A stretch of 64,000 nucleotides of DNA. Origin: an uncultured Mycoplasmatota bacterium. GTDB taxonomy: Bacteria > Bacillota_I > Bacilli_A > RF39 > UBA660. The translations under genes were made by a program, and so were the position numbers. Every line of letters starts with the position of its first letter. Position 1 is the stretch's first letter. Shown piece by piece: positions 10,638 through 20,820 of the stretch. Location: positions 96,442 to 160,441 of the forward strand of contig CAMSCJ010000001.1 of assembly GCA_947056845.1 (NCBI GenBank), in the 5' to 3' direction. Below the pieces are notes generated by a model. It searched no databases. It was not told where the DNA came from and was given only the letters and a program-made list of their open reading frames with translations.

Positions 10638-12027
10638 TGACTACCTCCACTGAAAAAGATATTTTTGTGCCAACACCTAGTTTGCTTGTAATTAAAAGTT
10701 CGCTTTTATGTAATGTAGCTATTTCTTTACATAATGCTAATCCAAGTCCTGCTCCACCTTGTTTTCTAGCTCGTGATTTATCAACCATATAAAATGGTTC
10801 AGTTACTTTTTTCAAATTTTCCTCATCAATGCCCTTGCCAAAATCTTGTACTGAAATAATATATAGGTTATCATTTTTAATACCACTAATAATGATTTTA
10901 TTATTCTCTTCTGATGCTTTACAAGCATTATCGACCAAATTATATAAAAGAGATTTTAATAAAACAGGCTCAATAAAGATATTAACTTCTTCAATATTAA
11001 ATTCAAGATTTATACTATATTTCTTTAAAAGAATTGCTAATGTTTGTGTTAATTCTCTAAATAGTTGTTTAGAATTATATGTTTTAAAAGGAAACTTGTC
11101 CTGTTTCAAAATGATTAAATTAAGTAAATGAAATGATAAATCTTCTAATCTTTTTCCTTCTTTAAAAATATAATTAGCAAGTTCATATCTTTTTTTAGGT
11201 TCAATATCATAGGTACGTAAAATATCGGCATAGCCAATAATAGAAGTTAGTGGTGTTTTTAATTCATGAGTAAATCTTGATATAAAATTTTCTTGGCGTT
11301 CATTATAGTCTTCTAACTCTTTTATGTAATCTTCTACCCTGTTAGTCATATTATTAAAATCGGTAGCTAAAGCAACTAATTCTGGTGATTTCATCGCCTT
11401 TAGAGTATCATCATTTCTAATTGAGAAATTGCCACTAGCAATTTGATTTGTTGTTTGTTGTAATTTTTTTAGTGGGCTAGTGATATAAATGGAAAAAAAA
11501 GCTATTATACTAGAACTAATTAAAGACCCAATAATTAAAAACAAACAATAAAATTTATAATTTTGGCTTCTAAGTTCATAGATATTTGTGATATCTACTA
11601 AATTCTCTAAATAAATATCTTCATCATTAATGTTTAGCTTTGTAACTACTTGAAAAAAGGATTGTTCGCCATTTTTAAATATTCGACTTGCCTGTTCATT
11701 ATCATTTAACTCATTTATAAAAGTACTATTATCAATATATTTAAGATTCGCCTTTTCACCTATAAAAACTTCTCCGTTATTACTAATATTTTGAAATTGT
11801 TTTAATATATAATCCGTTATATTAAATTCATATACATATTCATTCAAATCATTTAAAGAAATACTATAGTATATCATTGTTAGCATTTTATTACTATTTA
11901 TAGTACTATCTTTTTTTATTAACAATTCATTATTAAAATTAGAGTTAATAATTAAAAATCCCCCAACTCCTAATAAACTAATAACAAGAAAAAAGGATAT
12001 AATAAATATTTTAAAGCTAAATCTCAT
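10627..12027 (-). CDS. Sensor histidine kinase (2 TM, extracellular loop of about 140 aa, HisKA plus HATPase_c)
   Basis: H-box FTHELKTPLTSIIGYADIL and G-boxes DFGKGI / GGAGLGLAL. Confidence 0.85.
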   Translation of the reverse strand: MRFSFKIFIISFFLVISLLGVGGFLIINSNFNNELLIKKDSTINSNKMLTMIYYSISLNDLNEYVYEFNITDYILKQFQNISNNGEVFIGEKANLKYIDNSTFINELNDNEQASRIFKNGEQSFFQVVTKLNINDEDIYLENLVDITNIYELRSQNYKFYCLFLIIGSLISSSIIAFFSIYITSPLKKLQQTTNQIASGNFSIRNDDTLKAMKSPELVALATDFNNMTNRVEDYIKELEDYNERQENFISRFTHELKTPLTSIIGYADILRTYDIEPKKRYELANYIFKEGKRLEDLSFHLLNLIILKQDKFPFKTYNSKQLFRELTQTLAILLKKYSINLEFNIEEVNIFIEPVLLKSLLYNLVDNACKASEENNKIIISGIKNDNLYIISVQDFGKGIDEENLKKVTEPFYMVDKSRARKQGGAGLGLALCKEIATLHKSELLITSKLGVGTKISFSVEVVNDK

Positions 12028-12683
12028 TCTAAAACCTCAAATCGATACCCAATTTTATATACTGTTTTTATTTCATTTTCTAAATTTAGTTTTTTTCGGA
12101 TACGTTGAATATGTAAGTCGACGGTTCTAGTATCACCAAAAAATTCATCTCCCCATATTCTTTCATAAATAACTTCTCTATATAAAGCCACGTTCTTGTT
12201 TTTTAAAAAAAGTAATAATAAATCAAACTCTTTTTTAGTTAAATCTACAATTTTATCATCCTTTTTTACAGTATGCGATGTAATATCTATCTCAATATTT
12301 TTATAAACTATTTTATCACTAGTTTTATTATTCCTTCTTAAAACAACTTCGACTCTAGCCAATAGTTCTTGAATATCAAATGGCTTAGTTATATAATCTT
12401 CGGCACCCAATTTTAAGCCTTTTACTTTATTGTCAACATTAGAAACAGCTGTAATAAAAATAACAGGTATTTTTAGTTCCTTAATATAATTCATAATTTC
12501 AAAGCCATCTATTTTAGGCAACATTATATCTAAAAGAATTAAATCATATTTATTTTGATTTATTCTTTCTAAAGCAGTTTCTCCATCATAAGTGGTATGA
12601 CAAGTATAACCAGCTTGTGTCAAACTTATTTTTAGTAAATTAGAGATTGATTCCTCATCCTCAACTATCAAAATATCTATCAT
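12024..12683 (-). CDS. OmpR-family response regulator
   Basis: Receiver domain (DLILLDIMLPKIDG) plus winged-helix Trans_reg_C (KIGYRF). Overlaps the kinase gene by 4 nt. Confidence 0.9.
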   Translation of the reverse strand: MIDILIVEDEESISNLLKISLTQAGYTCHTTYDGETALERINQNKYDLILLDIMLPKIDGFEIMNYIKELKIPVIFITAVSNVDNKVKGLKLGAEDYITKPFDIQELLARVEVVLRRNNKTSDKIVYKNIEIDITSHTVKKDDKIVDLTKKEFDLLLLFLKNKNVALYREVIYERIWGDEFFGDTRTVDLHIQRIRKKLNLENEIKTVYKIGYRFEVLE

Positions 12684-12851
12684 AAAAAACCTCCATGTTA
12701 TTAATACAAAAAAAATGTATCATAATTGTATACTAAAATATTTTAATTTTATTTTAACATATAGATACTTTATTTGTTAATAGATAACATTAATTTATTA
12801 AGGAAAAAATGGATAATTTTTTAAAGTTTTATACTTGTTTAATTAATTATT

Positions 12852-12885
12852 TTAATAAAAAAAATTGTAAGAATTTCTTACAATT
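12852..12885 (-). terminator. Rho-independent terminator downstream of glyQS
   Basis: AATTGTAAGAA-t-TTCTTACAATT hairpin followed by a U-run on the minus strand. Confidence 0.5.
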
Positions 12886-12890
12886 TCGAT

Positions 12891-14261
12891 TTAAAATTTT
12901 ATTTTGTCATTAATATAATCAATAACTTCATCAACATTTAAAATAATTTGTTCCATAGTATCCCTATTTCTTAAAGTAACAGTATTATTATTTAATGTAT
13001 CATCATCAACCGTTAAACAATATGGTGTACCACTAACATCTTGCCTGCGATATCGTTTACCAATATTTCCTGATTCATCATAAGTCGTCATAAAATACTT
13101 TGATAGATTTTGATATATTTCTAAGGCCTTCTCTCCATGATGTTTTTTGATAAGTGGCAAAATGGCTACTTTATATGGGGCTAGAGCGGGAATAAACTTC
13201 ATAACTTCTCTAGTAGTTCCATCAGCTAAAGTTTCTTCTAAATAAGCTTCACTTAAAATAGCTAGAGTTAATCGATCACACCCAACTGAAGATTCAACTA
13301 CATAAGGAATATATTTTTCATTTGTTTCTGGATCAAGATACTCCATTGCTTTATTAGAATATTCTTGATGTCTTGACAAATCATAATTAGTTCGATTATG
13401 TGTTCCCCACAATTCTCCCCATGCAAAAGGAAAATTATACTCAATATCACAAGCCTCTTTAGCATAATGGGCTAACTTCTCATGGTCTTTAAAGCGAATA
13501 TTTTCTTGGGTTATGCCTAGATCCATTAAAAATTTATAAGCATAATTCTTATAAAATTGATAAAAATCACTATCAGTTCCTTCTTTACAAAATAGTTGAT
13601 GTTCCATTTGCTCAAATTCTATTGTTCGAAATGTAAAATTACCTGGTGTAATTTCATTTCTAAAAGCTTTCCCAATTTGTCCAATTCCAAATGGTATTTT
13701 AGCACGCATTGTCCTTTGAACATTTAAAAAATTTACAAATTCTCCTTGAGCTGTTTCAGGGCGCAAATAAACTAAGTTAGTAGCATCCTTAACTACACCT
13801 CGATTAGTTTCAAACATTAAATTAAATTCACGAATATCTGTATAATTTACTTTCCCACATTTTGGACAAGGTATTTTATGCTCATTAATATAAGTTAACA
13901 TTTCTGAATCAGTTAAAGTATCAGGATTTATTTCATCAGTAAAGCCTTCAATTAACTTATCAGCGCGATGTCTTGTCTTACAACTTTTACAATCTAAAAG
14001 GGGATCAGTAAAACTACCAACATGACCACTCGCTTCCCAAACGCGTGAATTCATTAAAATAGCGGCATCCACTCCAAAACTATTTCTATTTTCTTGTACA
14101 AAACGTTTCCACCAACATTTTTTTACATTATTTTTTAATTCAACTCCTAATGGTCCATAATCCCAAGTATTAGCTAAACCATCATAAATTTCACTACCTT
14201 GAAAAATAAAACCATATTGTTTACATACATTAACCAATTTTTCCATTGTCAACTTTTCCAT
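12891..14261 (-). CDS. glyQS: Glycine--tRNA ligase (class II, dimeric type)
   Basis: N-terminus YGFIFQGSEIYDGLANTWDYGPLG plus the class II motifs. Confidence 0.9.
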   Translation of the reverse strand: MEKLTMEKLVNVCKQYGFIFQGSEIYDGLANTWDYGPLGVELKNNVKKCWWKRFVQENRNSFGVDAAILMNSRVWEASGHVGSFTDPLLDCKSCKTRHRADKLIEGFTDEINPDTLTDSEMLTYINEHKIPCPKCGKVNYTDIREFNLMFETNRGVVKDATNLVYLRPETAQGEFVNFLNVQRTMRAKIPFGIGQIGKAFRNEITPGNFTFRTIEFEQMEHQLFCKEGTDSDFYQFYKNYAYKFLMDLGITQENIRFKDHEKLAHYAKEACDIEYNFPFAWGELWGTHNRTNYDLSRHQEYSNKAMEYLDPETNEKYIPYVVESSVGCDRLTLAILSEAYLEETLADGTTREVMKFIPALAPYKVAILPLIKKHHGEKALEIYQNLSKYFMTTYDESGNIGKRYRRQDVSGTPYCLTVDDDTLNNNTVTLRNRDTMEQIILNVDEVIDYINDKIKF

Positions 14262-14448
14262 TATTCTTTCCTCCTTAAATTTAAAAAGACTCCTAGAAAA
14301 ATATAAGGACTCACGATATGAGCGGTTCCACCTTACTTATTCTAGAAGAATCATCTTTAACTATATTACTCCGAGTTTCCAACCTCATCATCGCATTTAA
14401 ATATAAAATATTCTAAATAAAGTATACCATATTTTTTTTAATAGTCAA
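14262..14448 (-). promoter_or_regulatory. Candidate glycine T-box leader with its promoter
   Basis: Promoter TTGACT-16-TATACT (14448..14421). GAUGA K-turn-like elements, the T-box motif AAGGUGGAACCGC, and a terminator hairpin plus U5 just before the SD AGGAGG. The UGGA bulge would pair with the UCCA 3' end of tRNA-Gly. The specifier codon was not identified. Confidence 0.45.
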
Positions 14449-15165
14449 TCAATTATTAAATATAAAAATAAAACGATTTCTTAACTGTAGATCTTTTTCA
14501 ATTATTATTTTGGCATTTGGTAAATATTTTAAAGCAATATTTTTTATTTGCTCACTTTGTGTATGACCTATTTCAAAAGCAATCATACTTTTTTTATTTA
14601 AATAATTAGAAGCATATTTTAATATTTCTTCATAAAAATATAACCCATTATTTTTAGCATATAAAGCTTGTTTAGGTTCATTATTTTTAACAATATCCAT
14701 TATTTCCTCATCATAAGCAATATATGGTGGATTACTTATTATACAATCATATTTTTTAGTTATATTATCAAATATATCACTATTAATAAAATTTACTTCT
14801 AAATGATTTTTTTTAGCGTTTTCTTTAGCTACCTCTAAGGCTTCAATAGATATATCTGAAGCATCTACAATACAATTTTTTAATTTTTTCTTTAACGTTA
14901 AAGCTATACATCCACTACCAGTTCCTATATCTAAAATACTAATAGTGGAAGAAAAATATTTAGCAATATATTTAAGTGTTTTTTCAACTAATTCTTCAGT
15001 TTCAAAACGTGGTATTAAAACATTTTTATTGACATTTAAATTTAAATCAAAAAAATCAACATTACCAATAATATATTGAACGGGTTCCCCGTTTTTTAGT
15101 CGTTCTAATCCTATTGCTAATTTACTAGGTTCTAAATATTTCTCTAAATATTCATAATCACTCAT
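14449..15165 (-). CDS. prmC: Release-factor glutamine N5-methyltransferase PrmC/HemK
   Basis: SAM motif DIGTGSGCIA and catalytic NPPY. Immediately downstream of prfA. Confidence 0.85.
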   Translation of the reverse strand: MSDYEYLEKYLEPSKLAIGLERLKNGEPVQYIIGNVDFFDLNLNVNKNVLIPRFETEELVEKTLKYIAKYFSSTISILDIGTGSGCIALTLKKKLKNCIVDASDISIEALEVAKENAKKNHLEVNFINSDIFDNITKKYDCIISNPPYIAYDEEIMDIVKNNEPKQALYAKNNGLYFYEEILKYASNYLNKKSMIAFEIGHTQSEQIKNIALKYLPNAKIIIEKDLQLRNRFIFIFNN

Positions 15166-15170
15166 GTTAT

Positions 15171-16229
15171 TTAAATATCACCTTTTAATTTACGAATTTG
15201 ATCTTCATGAATTAAGGCTTCAATAATTTCTCCTAATTCACCAGTCATAACTCTATCTAATTGTTTTAAAGTAAAACCAATACGGTGATCGGTAACACGA
15301 TTCTGAGGATAATTATAAGTTCGAATTTTTTCACTACGATCCCCAGTTCCAATTTTACTTCTTCGCTCAACACCAAGTTCTTGTTCTCTTTCTTGATTTT
15401 TCAAATCATAAAGCCTAGTTTGTAAGATTTTGATTGCCTTTTCTTTATTTTTTATTTGTGATCTTTCAGTTTGTGAATATACAACAAGTCCTGTAGGAAT
15501 ATGCGTTAATCTAACCGCTGAGTCAGTTGTATTAACACCTTGACCACCGCAACCACTACTCCTTGTGATGTCGATACGGACCTCATTCATATCAAGGGTG
15601 AAGTCAACTTCTTCGGCTTCTGGCATAACAAGGACTGTAGCAGTTGAAGTATGAACTCGTCCTTGAGTCTCTGTCGATGGTACTCTTTGAACTCGATGAG
15701 CACCACTTTCATATTTAAGTTTTGAATAAACGCTTTCACCTTTTACCATAAAACTAATAAGGGAATAACCGCCAGCTTCTGAATGTTCCTCTTCAATAAT
15801 ATCAATTTTCCAATTTTCATTTTCCGCATATTTTTTATACATCTCAAATAAGTCGCCAGCAAAAATATTGCCCTCATCACCACCAGCTGCACCTCTAATT
15901 TCAACAATAACATTTTTTAAATCATTAGGATCTTTTGGTAATAATAAAATTTCAAAATCACTTTCTAAATCTTGTTTATTAGTTTCTAAATTAGCTAATT
16001 CCTCTTTGGCAAATTCGCTCATTTCCTCATCTTTTAACATTTCCCTAGCAGCATCAATATCTTCCAATATTTTTTTGTATTCTTGATAAGTTTCATAAAC
16101 ATCTTTAATTGATGCTTGCTCTTTACTAAGTTCTGTCATTTTCTTTATATCAGTAATATTAGCAGGATCTAAAAGTTCAGCTGATATTTGATTATAGCGT
16201 TGTTCTATCGACTCTAGTCTTTCAATCAT
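15171..16229 (-). CDS. prfA: Peptide chain release factor 1
   Basis: PST tripeptide motif and GGQ motif (RSSGCGGQGVN). Confidence 0.9.
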   Translation of the reverse strand: MIERLESIEQRYNQISAELLDPANITDIKKMTELSKEQASIKDVYETYQEYKKILEDIDAAREMLKDEEMSEFAKEELANLETNKQDLESDFEILLLPKDPNDLKNVIVEIRGAAGGDEGNIFAGDLFEMYKKYAENENWKIDIIEEEHSEAGGYSLISFMVKGESVYSKLKYESGAHRVQRVPSTETQGRVHTSTATVLVMPEAEEVDFTLDMNEVRIDITRSSGCGGQGVNTTDSAVRLTHIPTGLVVYSQTERSQIKNKEKAIKILQTRLYDLKNQEREQELGVERRSKIGTGDRSEKIRTYNYPQNRVTDHRIGFTLKQLDRVMTGELGEIIEALIHEDQIRKLKGDI

Positions 16230-16265
16230 AAATAAGTTCCTTTCTAGTAAAAATTTGACCTTTTT

Positions 16266-16294
16266 ATTATACTATAAAAATTTGATTTAAGCAA
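16266..16294 (-). promoter_or_regulatory. Sigma-A-type promoter for prfA-prmC (TTGCTT, 17 nt spacer, TATAAT)
   Basis: Minus-strand sequence TTGCTTaaatcaaatttttatagTATAAT. Confidence 0.4.
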
Positions 16295-16342
16295 ATTATC
16301 TCAAACACATATAATACGCAACTTAGAGTATACTAATAACAG

Positions 16343-16885
16343 GTGAATTATATGAATTTAAAAGTTTTAAAAATAATTAGTATATTTGGTTGCTTCTTAC
16401 TAGCCTTTTTAACACATTTTTTATATGATTGGGTTCCAAATATTTTATTTTCAATTTTTTTCCCAGTTAACGAAAGTATTTGGGAACATATGAAAATGTT
16501 ATTTACTACTATTCTATTATATGAATTAATTGAATTTATTATTTTAAAATTAAAGAAAATTAAAGTTAATAATTTTTTATTTGCTGGTTTTACATCAGCC
16601 ATTTTAAGTATTCCAATATATTTGATTATATTTTTGCCAATTTTTTATAAAGTTGGTGAAAATATGTTTATAACACTTACTATTATGTTTATTACTATTA
16701 TTATTGTTCAAATTATCAATTATAAAATTATCACTTATAAGGAATTACATTTAGATATACTAGCTCTTATTTTTATAATTATTACTTATATTGTTATGGG
16801 TATTTTAACTTTCTATCCACCAGAAGCTGATTTATTTTTTGACACCAAAAATGAAAAATATGGTATTAATAAATATATAATTTAA
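16343..16885 (+). CDS. Hypothetical polytopic membrane protein. The track start is GTG; ATG 16352 is likely.
   Basis: About 5 TM helices. RBS AGGTGA. Confidence 0.5.
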   Translation: MNYMNLKVLKIISIFGCFLLAFLTHFLYDWVPNILFSIFFPVNESIWEHMKMLFTTILLYELIEFIILKLKKIKVNNFLFAGFTSAILSIPIYLIIFLPIFYKVGENMFITLTIMFITIIIVQIINYKIITYKELHLDILALIFIIITYIVMGILTFYPPEADLFFDTKNEKYGINKYII

Positions 16886-16912
16886 AAAAATAATTAATCT
16901 CTTAACTATTTT

Positions 16913-18112
16913 TTATACAACACATATTTTCTGTCCCAAAGAAAAAACTAATTTTTTTCCTTCTTTTTTATCTTCAGCATCCTTTAGAGCTTGTTTAAGA
17001 AATGTTTTAATTTCCTTATCAACAATACTAAGCTGATGAGAAAAACTTTTATTACTATCAAAATCTAAAGCACATTTAAAGTATAAAAAATCTAATACAT
17101 TTAGTTTAGTATGACTATCTAGATTAGGAATATCTAAAATATTACTTGTATATAAAGTTAATTTATTAAAAATTTTCTCAGCCTGCTTTAAATCTTTTAA
17201 TTTTAAACCAAAGTCTTTGATCTGCATGGCCAATTTATAATAAGCTAACTTATTAGCATAAATACCTGGATATTTTTGAATAGAATCTATCATTATTTGT
17301 CTTTCTAATGAAATCATTTCACTAAAGGTTTCGTTATTAAGATTTATTCTTTGATGAACTTTAAATACATCTTGAGACTCTACTGGTTTATCTATAAGAT
17401 TTTCATAAAATATATTACAACTGTATGGACCATTTAACAAATCTTTATATAAAAAGTCTAACACATTTAGTTTAATATAACTATCCAAATTAGGAATATC
17501 TAAAATATTATTTGTATATAAAGTTAATTTATTAAAAATTTCCTCAGCTTGCTTTAAATCTCTTAATTTTAAACCAAGACCTTTGATCTGCATGGCCAAT
17601 TTATAATAAGCTAACTTATTAGCATAAATACCTGGATATTTTTGAATAGAATCTATCATTATTTGTCTTTCTAATGAAATCATTTCACTAAAGGTTTCGT
17701 TATTAAGATTTATTCCTTGATGAACTTTAAATATATCCTGAGCCTCTACTGATTTATCTATAAATGATTTATAAAAATTATCTAAGTAGTCTATTTTAGA
17801 AGAATATCTTGAATTATTATCAATATATTTTTTTGATTGATAAAGTAAATATATAAAATCATTTTCTATTTGTTCTTTATTAAGGAAAAGCCCCATATCC
17901 TTTAAAACAACTGATAATTTATAATATAAATATTTGTTATTAAATAAAGTTCTAGTTCTAAAAAAGGAATTAATCATTAAATTATTTTCTAATTCAATTA
18001 TCTCTTTGGGGGCAATATTAAAATTATTGATACTTCTATATACTTTTAAAACATCACCTGCAACTACATTGTCATATAATGATTCCCATATATTTACAGA
18101 TATTTTATTCAT
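16913..18112 (-). CDS. Hypothetical protein containing a 122-aa tandem internal duplication. The track ORF extends to TTG 18136.
   Basis: Long ORF with two near-identical 122-aa blocks. No conserved domain recognised. Confidence 0.55.
   Translation of the reverse strand: MNKISVNIWESLYDNVVAGDVLKVYRSINNFNIAPKEIIELENNLMINSFFRTRTLFNNKYLYYKLSVVLKDMGLFLNKEQIENDFIYLLYQSKKYIDNNSRYSSKIDYLDNFYKSFIDKSVEAQDIFKVHQGINLNNETFSEMISLERQIMIDSIQKYPGIYANKLAYYKLAMQIKGLGLKLRDLKQAEEIFNKLTLYTNNILDIPNLDSYIKLNVLDFLYKDLLNGPYSCNIFYENLIDKPVESQDVFKVHQRINLNNETFSEMISLERQIMIDSIQKYPGIYANKLAYYKLAMQIKDFGLKLKDLKQAEKIFNKLTLYTSNILDIPNLDSHTKLNVLDFLYFKCALDFDSNKSFSHQLSIVDKEIKTFLKQALKDAEDKKEGKKLVFSLGQKICVV
17068..17770. repeat. Tandem direct repeat of about 366 bp, two copies at about 95% identity, inside the hypothetical gene
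   Basis: About 17068..17405 versus about 17432..17770 share long identical stretches (for example ctgcatggccaatttataataagctaacttattagcataaatacctggatatttttgaatagaatctatcattatttgtctttctaatgaaatcatttcactaaaggtttcgttattaagatttattc). Confidence 0.8.
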
Positions 18113-18148
18113 ATTTTTTTTATAACCTTCTTTCAAAGCCGCTTTTCC

Positions 18149-18177
18149 ATAATATCATTCTAAAATTAAAAAGTCAA
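18149..18177 (-). promoter_or_regulatory. Sigma-A-type promoter (TTGACT, 17 nt spacer, TATTAT) for the repeat-containing gene
   Basis: Minus-strand sequence TTGACTttttaattttagaatgaTATTAT. Confidence 0.4.
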
Positions 18178-18264
18178 CTATTTTTTTTATAATTTTTTTA
18201 GAAAAATTTCGACAAAATCAAATTTAAAAGAACCAGTTAATAATTGGTTCTTAATCTATATAAA

Positions 18265-18283
18265 ACGCTAAAAGCATTAGCGT
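18265..18283 (-). terminator. Hairpin ACGCTAA-5 nt-TTAGCGT, U-rich on the minus strand. Possible distal terminator of comEC.
   Basis: Perfect 7-bp stem. About 400 nt of non-coding or degenerate sequence lies between it and the comEC stop. Confidence 0.3.
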
Positions 18284-18687
18284 ACTAATTAATAGATATA
18301 GATTAAAATTAAGTATTTGAAAATCAATTATTATCATCTATATCTATCGTAAACTGATTAATACTATCTTTATATAACTCTTGATATTTCGTTATATGGT
18401 TAGCTATATTTATTAAATCTAACCCATGTTTTAAAATAAACACATCTAATAATATGCCATTAATAATATCTTTAGAACTTTAGTTCTATTTTTAATATAT
18501 CCAATTTTAGCAAACTATACATTTTTATAATATATTCTTTATTTTCAATCAAAACATTCTCTATAAATAATATATTCGCATTGTTTAATTTGGTGAATAC
18601 ATTATTATCATTTTCTAAATTAAATATTATCCAAAATCTTACTAATTGTGTGAATGACTTTATTGCAATAATTTATTTTTTGCCTAT

Positions 18688-20820
18688 TTATGGAGGACAT
18701 GTTTCTATTTCTAGTTTACTATTTTTAATTTTAATCATAATGCTTCCATCCAAATCAGTTCTATATACTCGAGATTTTTCTAAGTTCTTTAATACTTCAT
18801 TATTGGGATGTCCGTATCTATTATTTTTTCCAACAGATATTATTGAATACTTTGGTTTAATATAATCAATAAATTCGCGACCACTACTTGTTTTACTTCC
18901 ATGATGCCCTACTTTTAATATGTCAATATCTTCTAAATTATATTTTTTTATTAAATTATTTTCTACATCTATACTGGCATCCCCCATAAATAAAAATTTA
19001 TAATTGCTGATTTTAGTATAAATCACATTAGAATTATCATTTTCATTATCATAAGTTTTATGGTTTAAAAAAGATAATTTATTATTATTTATATTTAGCT
19101 TCTTTATATTTTGATAATATGGAATATTATTTTCTTTTAAAATTTTAATAAGCTCCAATTCTAATTCGTTATATTGGTCACTATTAAGAATAACTTTATT
19201 AATATTAAAATTATCTATTAATTTTTGAGCTTCACCAGCATGATCATAATCTCCATGGCTTAAAATTAAATAATCTAACTTTGTAATTCCTAATGATTTT
19301 AAATAAGGAATAGTTTTGTTTTTTACAATTGAATATTCATTTGTTTTTAATAGTTGATTATCATACTTCAATATCCCACCTGTATCGATTAAAATATTGC
19401 CATTATTATGGGGTAAAATAATTAATATACTATCACCTTGTCCAACATCAAGTACTGTAATAATTGGATATTTATTAAATAATTGGATATTATAGTGAAT
19501 TATTAAAATGGGCACTAATATTAAAATACTATAATATTTTTGTTTTTTAAATAGGAATAGTATTAATGTAATTACTAGATAATAGCCAACAAAGCAATAG
19601 ATATTTATTTTGCACAAAGTGATTACTAAAAGATTTATTTTTGAAAAAAATAATGACATATTTTCTAAGATATTAATCATAATTGCTAATATAGGACTTA
19701 ATACAGGAAAAATGAAAGTTATTAATGTTATAGGAAAAATAAAATATGCGACAAATGGTACAAAGATTAAATTTAATATAATAGATAATAAATTAATACT
19801 AAAAAAATTATTAATAACGATTGGCAAACTTGCTAAAAATGATATGATTGAAGTCATTAGTAATTTGATAAAATAATTATTATGTTTATTTATTATCTCA
19901 TTAAAAAGAATTAAATAAAAAGTAATTATGAAGCTAAAAATAAAGCCTATACTATGAATATAAAAAGGATTAAAAGCAAGTAAAATAATGCAAGTTAAAA
20001 TTAATAAATTAATTGTTTTTATATTAAGTCTAAATAGTTTATTTATAGAAATTAAAATAAAAAATAAAACGGTTCGCATTATTGATGGTGTAAAATTGGC
20101 TAAAAAAGCATAAATTAAAAGAAATGTTATAATAAACATATTATTAAATATATTATTTTTAGATACCTTTTTTATAATAAATAAAAGTAATGTTGAAAAT
20201 AAAGTAATATGCATACCAGAAATTGCAAATAAATGACTAATACCATTAATTTGATAACTATCTTTGATATTATCATCTATTAAACTAGTATCTCCTAAAA
20301 TAAAGGCTTTTAAATAATTAGAACCAGATATTTTGTTGATTCTAGAAATAATCATATTTTTTATTTTATAGGTAAAAGAAATATTTCTATTTATTTTTGT
20401 TATTGAAGTAGCATTATAAAGCCAATATATTTTTTGACTTTTTAAATAATTTTGATAATTAAATAAATTAAAAACAGTATTTTTACTTGGAACTACAAAA
20501 GTACCATAAATAAAAACTTTATCACCAAGTTGGTAATTATTTTTAATATTAGTTAATTCTTGTTCATCTTTTATGTAATAATTAACAAGAATTTTTTCTT
20601 TTGATTTTAATTCTAATTGGAGCTTATCTCCGTTAAATTTTAATGAATTTATAATGCCTTCAATTTTTGCCTCAGAACCATTATATTTAGATAATGGTAA
20701 ATTAATATTTTTATAAACTACATAAATAGATGTAAATAAAATTAGAAAAATATATAAATATTTAGACTGTAATACTATCCTTAATTTGTTCAAATACTTT
20801 TTCACCAATGCCTGTAACAT
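18688..20820 (-). CDS. comEC: DNA internalisation competence protein ComEC/Rec2
   Basis: Polytopic competence domain plus C-terminal metallo-beta-lactamase domain (HGDYDHAG, GHHGS). Confidence 0.85.
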   Translation of the reverse strand: MLQALVKKYLNKLRIVLQSKYLYIFLILFTSIYVVYKNINLPLSKYNGSEAKIEGIINSLKFNGDKLQLELKSKEKILVNYYIKDEQELTNIKNNYQLGDKVFIYGTFVVPSKNTVFNLFNYQNYLKSQKIYWLYNATSITKINRNISFTYKIKNMIISRINKISGSNYLKAFILGDTSLIDDNIKDSYQINGISHLFAISGMHITLFSTLLLFIIKKVSKNNIFNNMFIITFLLIYAFLANFTPSIMRTVLFFILISINKLFRLNIKTINLLILTCIILLAFNPFYIHSIGFIFSFIITFYLILFNEIINKHNNYFIKLLMTSIISFLASLPIVINNFFSINLLSIILNLIFVPFVAYFIFPITLITFIFPVLSPILAIMINILENMSLFFSKINLLVITLCKINIYCFVGYYLVITLILFLFKKQKYYSILILVPILIIHYNIQLFNKYPIITVLDVGQGDSILIILPHNNGNILIDTGGILKYDNQLLKTNEYSIVKNKTIPYLKSLGITKLDYLILSHGDYDHAGEAQKLIDNFNINKVILNSDQYNELELELIKILKENNIPYYQNIKKLNINNNKLSFLNHKTYDNENDNSNVIYTKISNYKFLFMGDASIDVENNLIKKYNLEDIDILKVGHHGSKTSSGREFIDYIKPKYSIISVGKNNRYGHPNNEVLKNLEKSRVYRTDLDGSIMIKIKNSKLEIETCPP

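Noticed and set aside
10829-11131. Plus-strand 100-aa ORF
   Set aside because: Antisense within the histidine kinase gene. Spurious.
15868-16086. Plus-strand 72-aa Ser/Leu-rich ORF
   Set aside because: Antisense to prfA. Low-complexity.
18290-18687. Gene remnant between comEC and the hairpin at 18265 (about 46-codon ORF DVFILKHGLDLINIANHITKYQELYKDSINQFTIDIDDNN with no start codon)
   Set aside because: Too short and without a start or homology I can recognise. Possibly a remnant, as holA often follows comEC, but this is not supportable from sequence alone.
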